From Phycisphaerae bacterium (GTDB lineage: Bacteria > Planctomycetota > Phycisphaerae > FEN-1346 > JAACEH01), in contig JAWLHX010000003.1 in NCBI GenBank assembly GCA_041690105.1, forward strand, positions 29,126 through 93,125: a stretch of 64,000 nt of DNA. The letters are read 5' to 3'. How positions within the stretch are numbered: position 1 is the first letter of the stretch; the number at the start of each line of letters is the position of its first letter. Below, piece after piece: positions 57,343 to 64,000 of the stretch. A program made the translations under genes and the position numbers. Below the pieces are notes generated by a model. It did not search any database. It saw only the letters and a program-made list of their open reading frames with translations, and was not told the origin of the DNA.

Positions 57343-59016
57343 ATGAAACAGCACGGCAAGACACCGCGCGACATACTGCGGATAGTTTTCAGGCGCAGGT
57401 GGTTGTTTGTCTTCAGCAGCATCGTGTTAATGCTGATCATACTGGGCAGCGTGCCTTACTGGCCGCGGCAGTATACGGGCGAGGCGATTTTCGAGACCAG
57501 TACCGATCCGGCCTCGGACGACCTGATGCAGCAGGGCAGCCATTCGTTTGAAGCGGTGCAGGGCACCTTGCGGCAGGAGCTTTCGGGTCGCAGCGCCATC
57601 GAAGAAGCGCTGCAGACTCTGAAGAAGACCGAGGGCCTGCCGCGCGAGCCGGGCAGCAACCAGCTTACCGACCAGGGCATGATGATGTTTCAGGAGATGG
57701 TGCGCGAAGTGCAGAGCCGCGTGGTGGTCTCGACCGACGTTCCGGGCCGCAGCGTGAATTACATTCGCGTCAGGTACACGGATTCTGATCCGAAGCTGGC
57801 CCAGGACCTGCCTAATCAGCTTGTTTTCCAGTACCGCGTGCGTAAGCCCGAGGAGCGCCTGAAGAGTCTCGAGGGCAGCCGCGAGTTTCTGCTGAGCCGG
57901 GCCCAATCGATCGAAAAAGCTCTGCGCGAGCTGGAGAAACAGCGGGACGATATGGAATCGAAGAACCGGGGCATTATGCCCGACAGCCTGGCCTCGCTGA
58001 CTAAACAACTGGAGGATCTGCGAACCGAATTGCGGGTGGCTACCACGCAGCGTGATGCGGCCCGGCAGCGGGTGGCCGGTCTGAAGGAGGTACTCGACAG
58101 GGCATCGAGCCAGACCGAACCGATCCAGGAGACGCGTGGGCCTAATCCTGAGTTGCAGGACCTTCGCGAGCAACTTCGCCAAAGCCGCCGCATGCTGGAA
58201 GGCATGGTTCCCCCGGTGGGGCGGATGAAGGAAGAGCATCCGGACGTAATCGCCCTGCGCAGCAGCATCGAGCAGATGGAATTGCGGCTGCAGGATCTGC
58301 CGGACGAGGTGGTAATTACCAAGGTCTATGGCACGCCGGAATCGGTGGCCGTGTATCGCATGCAACTGGCGGCAGCCGAGGCCGATTACAACACGCGTAA
58401 CGATGAAATTGAGCGAATGGAAGCCCGGCTTGCGGCCCTGGAGGATCTGAGCACGAACTACCTGCCGGTTCGGCAGCAGTTTCACGAGTTGTCATCGCAG
58501 ATAGCTCGCCGGCAGACGGAGATGGAGGAAGCCCAGGAGCAGTTGCGCGAAATCGAACGCCACGTGGATGCCGAGGTGCGCCATCGGGCCCTGCGACTGC
58601 AGACCATTCAAGACGCCCAGAAGCAGTATCTGCCGAGTTTTCCGCAGCTGTGGCACATATTGGCGGCGGCCATCATCGGCGGACTGTCGGCCGGTGCGGG
58701 CCTGGTGTTTCTGGCCCATGCCGTCGATCGCACGGTCGGCACCAGCGACGAGGCCGACGAGGAGTTTGGCGTGCCGGTTTGCGGCGTAGTGAGCGAAATT
58801 GTGACACCGCGCCAGCGAATTGCCCGGCGGCTTGTTTTCTGGGGGCTCGGGCCGGCTGTAACAGCGGTGCTGATGCTGGCCATGGGGGCGGTCTTCCTGA
58901 ACGCCATGCTGTGGCTGCAGTATCCGGAGGAATACGCCCAGTGGCGGCACAACCCGCTTGGTTATGTTTCGCGTCAGGTGGACACGCAGATCGATCGCCT
59001 GCAGCAATTGCGATAG
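57343..59016 (+). CDS. Polysaccharide chain-length determinant protein (Wzz/GumC family, PEP-CTERM-locus subfamily)
   Basis: N- and C-terminal TM helices flanking a long coiled-coil periplasmic domain; 557 aa; locus context. Confidence 0.75.
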   Translation: MKQHGKTPRDILRIVFRRRWLFVFSSIVLMLIILGSVPYWPRQYTGEAIFETSTDPASDDLMQQGSHSFEAVQGTLRQELSGRSAIEEALQTLKKTEGLPREPGSNQLTDQGMMMFQEMVREVQSRVVVSTDVPGRSVNYIRVRYTDSDPKLAQDLPNQLVFQYRVRKPEERLKSLEGSREFLLSRAQSIEKALRELEKQRDDMESKNRGIMPDSLASLTKQLEDLRTELRVATTQRDAARQRVAGLKEVLDRASSQTEPIQETRGPNPELQDLREQLRQSRRMLEGMVPPVGRMKEEHPDVIALRSSIEQMELRLQDLPDEVVITKVYGTPESVAVYRMQLAAAEADYNTRNDEIERMEARLAALEDLSTNYLPVRQQFHELSSQIARRQTEMEEAQEQLREIERHVDAEVRHRALRLQTIQDAQKQYLPSFPQLWHILAAAIIGGLSAGAGLVFLAHAVDRTVGTSDEADEEFGVPVCGVVSEIVTPRQRIARRLVFWGLGPAVTAVLMLAMGAVFLNAMLWLQYPEEYAQWRHNPLGYVSRQVDTQIDRLQQLR

Positions 59017-59026
59017 GAGTAAGTAA

Positions 59027-59869
59027 ATGTACTTGTCTCATTATCAGCTTGAGCAGTATCCGTTTGCTCTGGCCTTCGAGCCCGCATTTTTCTTCGAGAG
59101 CACGATCCACGGGGAAGCTCTGGCCAACATGGTTTACGCCGTTCAGCAGCGCAAGGGCATGGTACTGGTGACCGGTGAGGTCGGGGCTGGCAAGACCTTC
59201 GTGGGCAATGTGCTGTGCGAACGTCTGGGGCCCTCTGCCATTGCCATCATGCTGAAGAATCCGCCGCAATCCGCCAAACAGTTGCTTCGCGTGGTGGCCC
59301 AGCGTACGGGTCTTAATGTTCGTGGCGGGGCAGACAGGATGGACCTGGCGGAATCGCTGGAGAATCATCTTTCGCGGCTGAATTCCCGCGGACGCCTGGT
59401 GGCCCTGGTGATGGACGAGTCGCAGGAGCTTGGCGGGCCGACCTTGGAGGAGCTGCGTCTGATGTGGAACTGGGAGGACCGGGGTCAGCGCCTGCTGCAG
59501 ATGGTGCTGCTCGGGCAGCCCGAACTGCGTCAGAGAATCCAGGAGCCGCGCTGGGAGCCTTTGCGGCAACGCATTGTGCTCAGCTATCACCTTGGTCGGC
59601 TGACGGCCGAGGATGTTGCCCGCTACGTTGATCATCGCATTCGCATGGCTGGCGGCCGCGACGAGATGATTGGTTTTGACGAGGAGGCCCTGAACGCCAT
59701 TTACATGGCCACCGAAGGTACGCCCCGCCTGATCAACGTGCTGTGCGACAACGCCCTGCTGGTTGGCTATACGCGGGGTCTGCATCGGCTTGATCGGGAT
59801 GTTGTTGAAGACGTACTGCGAGACATGACCTGCTGGGGCCTGAACGTTTCGCAGAGTTCGGCTGTCTGA
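59027..59869 (+). CDS. ExeA-like AAA ATPase (PEP-CTERM/XrtA-system-associated ATPase, TIGR03015-like)
   Basis: N-terminal PF/FF motif, Walker A VLVTGEVGAGKTF, Walker B LVMDESQ; conserved position in PEP-CTERM EPS loci. Confidence 0.75.
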   Translation: MYLSHYQLEQYPFALAFEPAFFFESTIHGEALANMVYAVQQRKGMVLVTGEVGAGKTFVGNVLCERLGPSAIAIMLKNPPQSAKQLLRVVAQRTGLNVRGGADRMDLAESLENHLSRLNSRGRLVALVMDESQELGGPTLEELRLMWNWEDRGQRLLQMVLLGQPELRQRIQEPRWEPLRQRIVLSYHLGRLTAEDVARYVDHRIRMAGGRDEMIGFDEEALNAIYMATEGTPRLINVLCDNALLVGYTRGLHRLDRDVVEDVLRDMTCWGLNVSQSSAV

Positions 59870-59904
59870 CATCGATTGCCACTTCATACTCGAAGGAGCA
59901 TAGC

Positions 59905-60897
59905 GTGGGACACGTGCGTGACGCCATGAATAAGTTTGACTCGGAGACGGTTGAGCCCAAGCGGCCGAACGGTGGCGGGAAGAGCGAGAGCGATTCCGGT
60001 GCTCGCCCATCCGCGGTATCGCGGGCGGTGCAGCAGGCCGAACGCGAGCGGGAGCAGTCGTCGTACGCCGCCGGGCTGGACGCTTGTTCGGTTGGCAGCC
60101 GCGGGCAAAACTTTTCGGCATCGGAAGGCCTGGCCGAGGATAACGTAAAACCAGTGGCTGCAGCCATTGCGGCAGGTGTGGCCACGCGTCGCTCTTCGTC
60201 GACCGTTTCGACCAAGGCTCAGCCGGCACCGCGCTTTGCCGAAGCGGCGGTCGTCCAGCGGGAGAAGGGTTCTATGATCAGCGAACAATACAGAATATTG
60301 CGGACCAATCTGATGGCCCGTTTCGAGGATCGACGCTTCTGCGTCATGGTAACTTCGGCCGAGGCCGGCGAGGGCAAGAGCGTGACCACGGTCAACCTGG
60401 CCCTGGCTCTGGCCGAGTTGCAGGAAGGGCGAACGCTGATTGTCGATTGCGACCTGCGCAAAGGTCGCCTGGCCAAGCTTTGCCGCGGACCGGAAGCACC
60501 CGGCGTGTACGAAGTGCTTCGCGGACAGGCCGAGCTGCGTACAGCCTTGCATCCGACTGGCGTGCCGAACCTGGACATACTGCCTGCGGGCCGACTGTCG
60601 CCGAACGATGCCGGTGAACTCCTGGGCCGGCCGGAACTGGCGGAGATGGTCTGCGCCCTGCGTCGCCAGTACGAGTTTGTCCTGGTCGATACGCCACCGG
60701 TCAATCGTGTGAGCGATGTTGGCATGATTGGCCGTTGCGCCGGCGATGCCCTGATGGTAGTGCGGATGAATCGGACCAGTCGCGAGGCGGTCAACAAGGC
60801 CATGCGTCTGCTGCACGCAGTAAACATAAATGTTGCCGGTCTGGCCCTGACGCATCAGAAATACTTCATTCCGAATTACATTTACAAGTACGCCTAG
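59905..60897 (+). CDS. Exopolysaccharide tyrosine-protein kinase (BY-kinase cytoplasmic domain, MinD/ParA-like)
   Basis: Walker A-like VMVTSAEAGEGKSVTTVNLALALA, Walker A' LIVDCDLRKG, Walker B FVLVDTPP; Tyr-rich C-terminus NYIYKYA. Confidence 0.8.
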   Translation: MGHVRDAMNKFDSETVEPKRPNGGGKSESDSGARPSAVSRAVQQAEREREQSSYAAGLDACSVGSRGQNFSASEGLAEDNVKPVAAAIAAGVATRRSSSTVSTKAQPAPRFAEAAVVQREKGSMISEQYRILRTNLMARFEDRRFCVMVTSAEAGEGKSVTTVNLALALAELQEGRTLIVDCDLRKGRLAKLCRGPEAPGVYEVLRGQAELRTALHPTGVPNLDILPAGRLSPNDAGELLGRPELAEMVCALRRQYEFVLVDTPPVNRVSDVGMIGRCAGDALMVVRMNRTSREAVNKAMRLLHAVNINVAGLALTHQKYFIPNYIYKYA

Positions 60898-60962
60898 AGG
60901 CGGCTGATGGTGGAGTCGCCGCGTCGGGTCGCGGGCGAACTATTTGCGAGAGATAACAACAT

Positions 60963-62021
60963 GTGCGCAGGGGGGCTGCCGGCATGCTGGAGGTGGGCGC
61001 TTTTCAACCAGATGAGCGAACGGAGTGGCAGGACTATGTGCTGGCCCATCCGTCGGCCACAGTTTTTCATCGGCTGCAGTGGAGCGATGCCGTGGTCGAG
61101 GCCTATGGTCATCGGCAGGTGCACCTGACGGCCAGACGGAAGGGCAGGCTTGTCGGCATACTGCCCCTGATGGAAGTGCGCAGCATGCTGGCCGGCCGGG
61201 CACTGGTGAGCATACCCTATGCCACCTACGGCGGAGTGCTGGCCGACGACGCCGAGGCGGGCCGTAAGCTACTGCAGGCGGCCCAGCAGAAGTGTCGCCA
61301 GGACAAGTGGAAGCTGCTGGAGCTCAGGCATCGTGACAAATCGGGCCTGGACCTTCCGACAATCGACCGTTACGACACTTTCCGCAAGCGCCTGCCTGAG
61401 AAGATCGAGCAGGTGCTGGATGGTTTGCCGCGCAAGGCTCGTGCTGCAGCCCGCAAGGGTCGGCGCGAACTGCCGGCCGATGCCGTTGTCATCGGGCCGC
61501 AGTATCTGGACGATGTTTACAAGCTGTACACGGTGACCTTGCGACGGCTCGGATCCCCCAACTATCGGCGCAAACTTTTCCAGGCTTTGCAGCGGAGCTA
61601 TGGCTCGGACTGTGTGGTGCTGCTGGTGCGCGACGGGCAGCGTCCGATTGCAGGCGTGGTGAGCTTTATTTTCCGCGACGAGATTGTGCCTTACTTTTCC
61701 GGCAGCGTCGAGGCCGGCATGTCGCGCAATGCCAACAATGTCATGTACGTTCACCTGATGGAGTATGCGGTGCGGCGGGGGCTGAAGTGGTTCGACTTCA
61801 ACCGCACCCGTCGCGACAACCAGGGGCCGTACGATTTCAAGCGGCACCATGGCTTCGAGCCCACGCCACTGCAGTACCAGGTGTGGCTCTCCAATGGCGG
61901 CGAGGCCCCGAACATCAGCCCGAGCAATCCGACCTTTGCTCTTGCCGGGCAGGTGTGGCGGCGGATGCCTCTATGGCTGACGCAGGCGGCCGGCGAACGG
62001 GTCACCAAGTGGATACCGTGA
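60963..62021 (+). CDS. FemAB-related GNAT-fold protein, PEP-CTERM-system-associated (TIGR03019-like)
   Basis: WQDYVLAHPSATVFHRLQWSDAV...YATYGGVLADD...KWKLLELR layout characteristic of FemAB-like acyltransferases in XrtA loci. Confidence 0.65.
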   Translation: MRRGAAGMLEVGAFQPDERTEWQDYVLAHPSATVFHRLQWSDAVVEAYGHRQVHLTARRKGRLVGILPLMEVRSMLAGRALVSIPYATYGGVLADDAEAGRKLLQAAQQKCRQDKWKLLELRHRDKSGLDLPTIDRYDTFRKRLPEKIEQVLDGLPRKARAAARKGRRELPADAVVIGPQYLDDVYKLYTVTLRRLGSPNYRRKLFQALQRSYGSDCVVLLVRDGQRPIAGVVSFIFRDEIVPYFSGSVEAGMSRNANNVMYVHLMEYAVRRGLKWFDFNRTRRDNQGPYDFKRHHGFEPTPLQYQVWLSNGGEAPNISPSNPTFALAGQVWRRMPLWLTQAAGERVTKWIP

Positions 62022-62095
62022 TGGCCGACCGGCGTCATGTCCGCAGCCTCGGTGGCTGAAAAACAAGTGGTGCGAAGTTGGAATAAGAGAGAGAA

Positions 62096-63487
62096 ATGAA
62101 GCGTCTGCTGATGCTGACACATCGTCTACCGTATCCGCCTGACAAGGGTGAACGCGTGCGAGCCTTCGAGGCCCTGCGTGCCCTGTCGTCGCGCTTCGAT
62201 ATTGTGCTGGCCAGCCTGTCGGAGAGCCGGAACGAACTTGCCCGCGCGGCCGATGGCCTGCGGCCCTGGTGCCGGCAGGTGCTGGCGGCCCCGCTGCGCC
62301 GCAAACTGGCCCTGTGCCGGGGCGCCTGTCGCCTGGCCATGGGTGGGAGCGTCACCGAGGGCTATTTTGCCAGCCGCAGACTGTCCCGGCTTGTGCTGGA
62401 TGAGGCGTGTCGGCAGCCTTTCGACATCGTCTTGGGTTATTCTTCGGGCATGTTGCCGCTGGCCTTGCGCGTGCCGGCCGCGGGGCGCGTAATGGACCTG
62501 GTCGATGCCGATAGCGCCAAGTGGCGCAGTTATTCTCGGGCCGGGCGGGGAATGCTCTCCTGGGCCTATCAACGCGAGGCCCAGGGTGTTGCGGCACTGG
62601 AGCAGCAGGCGGTGCGGCAATGCCATGCCGTGCTGCTGATAAGCCAGGCGGAGGTGGCCGCACTGGGCATCCGCAGCGAGAGGCTGATGGCCGTCGGCAA
62701 CGGCGTTGACGCTGCGTTCTTTGATCCGGCGGCCCCATTCGATGACACGCGCGGCGAGGGAGACAAATCGTCGGCCGGGTCGCCTGAAAACGAAGGCCGG
62801 GCAGATGAGCAGTCCGACAGTGCAGGCGGGCGGCTTGTCTTTACCGGCACGATGAATTATCGGCCTAATGTCGAGGGCATCGGCTGGTTCGTCGAGCACG
62901 TCTGGCCGGCGGTGCGACGGCTGAGGCCCGCATGCCAACTGCAGATTGTGGGCCGCAACCCGACGCCTGCTGTTTGGCGGTTGGCAGATGCAGCGGGGGT
63001 GGAGGTAACCGGGGCCGTGGCCGATGTGCGGCCATATCTGCGCCAGGCCTCGCTGGCAGTTGCTCCGCTGCGGATTGCTCGCGGGGTGCAGAACAAGGTG
63101 CTTGAAGCGATGGCCATGGCCCGCCCGGTGGTAGCCTCGTCTGCGGCCATGGAGGGGCTTGAGGTGGAGGCGGGCCGGCATCTGCTGCGGGCCGATTCGC
63201 CGCAGGAATGGGTGCGGGCCGTGGACCAGGTGTTGAATGATCCGGCCGCAGCCCGCGAGTTTGGCCGCCGTGCCCGGCAGTGCGTGCTGGAACGTTATTC
63301 GTGGCCGTCGCGCATGTCGCCGCTGGTCGAGCTCTGTTGCCGCTTGTCGCAGCAGGCCGTTGGCGACGCAGCCTCGGCTATCCCCACGACCCGGGCGGAC
63401 CGCGCAGGTCACCTGTCGGGCCAGGCTGAGGCCGAGGATTGTTCGATGATGACTTTGTCGCCCAATGGCGAATTGGGGGGCAAATGA
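62096..63487 (+). CDS. Family-4 glycosyltransferase (PEP-CTERM/EpsH1-associated sugar transferase stp1-like)
   Basis: LTHRLPYPPDKGERVRAFE N-terminus and C-terminal GT-B E-x7-E region (VLEAMAMARPVVAS); 463 aa. Confidence 0.75.
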   Translation: MKRLLMLTHRLPYPPDKGERVRAFEALRALSSRFDIVLASLSESRNELARAADGLRPWCRQVLAAPLRRKLALCRGACRLAMGGSVTEGYFASRRLSRLVLDEACRQPFDIVLGYSSGMLPLALRVPAAGRVMDLVDADSAKWRSYSRAGRGMLSWAYQREAQGVAALEQQAVRQCHAVLLISQAEVAALGIRSERLMAVGNGVDAAFFDPAAPFDDTRGEGDKSSAGSPENEGRADEQSDSAGGRLVFTGTMNYRPNVEGIGWFVEHVWPAVRRLRPACQLQIVGRNPTPAVWRLADAAGVEVTGAVADVRPYLRQASLAVAPLRIARGVQNKVLEAMAMARPVVASSAAMEGLEVEAGRHLLRADSPQEWVRAVDQVLNDPAAAREFGRRARQCVLERYSWPSRMSPLVELCCRLSQQAVGDAASAIPTTRADRAGHLSGQAEAEDCSMMTLSPNGELGGK

Positions 63488-64000
63488 GCGCCAGGCGAAT
63501 TATGCGCAACGTGCTGACGAACTGGGCCGGCCACGGGCTGAACGTGGTGGTCCTGTTCTTCCTCACGCCGCTGATAATCGACACCCTGGGCAAAACTCAG
63601 TACGGCGTCTGGAGCACGGTCATAATGCTGACCGGCTACCTGGGCGTGCTGGACATTGGCATTCGCGGCAGTACGGGCCGGTACATCATCTACCACATCG
63701 GTCGGGGCGACGCCGACGGCGTAAACTCGGTGGTCCGCACGTCGCTCGGTTTCTTCAGTGTAACAGGCGTTGTCATGATGCTGGCGGCCGCGCTGCTGGG
63801 GATTGTAGCTCCCGGCTGGTTCAAGGGCCTTCCGGCCGACCTCGCCGGGCTGTTTCCTCTGCTCGTGCCGCTACTGGCCCTTAATACCTGGATGGCTGCC
63901 GTCTCTGTCATCTATTCCAACGTGCTGGCCGGGCACGACCGCTTCGACCTGACTCAGGGCGTCAACGTGGCGGTGCTGCTGGCCCGCTCGCTGGGCACAG
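63484..64000 (+). CDS. Polysaccharide biosynthesis flippase (Wzx/MOP family), N-terminal 172 aa; runs off window end
   Basis: Own translation from ATG 63484 (ATGA overlap with the GT4 stop): MSARRIMRNVLTNWAGHGLNVVVLFFLTPLIIDTLGKTQYGVWSTVIMLTGYLGVLDIGIRGSTGRY..., several TM helices, no stop before position 64000. Absent from the ORF track because it is open-ended. Confidence 0.6.
   Translation, partial: MSARRIMRNVLTNWAGHGLNVVVLFFLTPLIIDTLGKTQYGVWSTVIMLTGYLGVLDIGIRGSTGRYIIYHIGRGDADGVNSVVRTSLGFFSVTGVVMMLAAALLGIVAPGWFKGLPADLAGLFPLLVPLLALNTWMAAVSVIYSNVLAGHDRFDLTQGVNVAVLLARSLGT

Noticed and set aside
57427-63412. Minus-strand ORFs 57427..58485, 58673..60229, 59884..60855, 62126..63412
   Set aside because: Antisense shadows of the Wzz-like, ATPase, BY-kinase and GT4 genes of the EPS locus.

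Overview
High-GC (~63-66%) bacterial chromosomal segment, densely coding on both strands. Gene content suggests a Planctomycetota/Verrucomicrobiota-like organism (inference from a sulfatase, PEP-CTERM proteins, and a prenyltransferase-repeat + DUF4159-like secreted protein). No rRNA, tRNA or CRISPR array was recognised.

Gene order, left to right:
- a secreted parallel beta-helix protein, truncated by the window edge
- a TrkH-family K+ transporter, a CYTH protein, a Gfo/Idh/MocA oxidoreductase and rpmH (L34, which the ORF track does not list)
- a large secreted two-domain protein, a polysaccharide deacetylase, a GH-like beta-propeller protein and uppP
- an ECF sigma / anti-sigma pair
- a Cus/Czc-type heavy-metal RND efflux module: a divergent YHS/CPM-repeat protein, an outer-membrane factor, a membrane fusion protein with two heavy-metal-binding domains and a DUF3347-like tail, and an unusually long RND pump
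- a translationally coupled late-step menaquinone (futalosine-type) operon: UbiD-like, UbiE, an uncharacterised 638-aa Zn-ribbon/polytopic/helical-repeat membrane protein, UbiX, UbiA-like prenyltransferase and a MqnC/MqnE-type radical SAM enzyme
- wrbA, RNase Y, a divergent ymdB, then xseA-xseB-ispA-dxs, nadK, and a four-subunit 2-oxoacid:ferredoxin oxidoreductase (delta-alpha-beta-gamma)
- a sulfatase followed by three uncharacterised envelope proteins: a secreted disordered/TPR protein, an EF-hand membrane protein and a DUF2254 protein
- a PEP-CTERM/exosortase-type exopolysaccharide locus running to the window end: sugar transferase, two paralogous PEP-CTERM proteins, Wza-like export protein, chain-length determinant, TIGR03015-type ATPase, BY-kinase, FemAB-like protein, GT4 and a Wzx-like flippase. 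No exosortase gene lies in the window.

The most unusual non-coding signal is two families of GC-rich, hairpin-bearing intergenic repeat elements, present at five loci. They mark operon boundaries and even interrupt the por operon and the conserved xseB-ispA-dxs synteny.

The many long antisense ORFs in the six-frame track are treated as high-GC shadow ORFs. Coordinates I derived myself (rpmH, the edge gene, internal starts) may be off by 1-2 nt.
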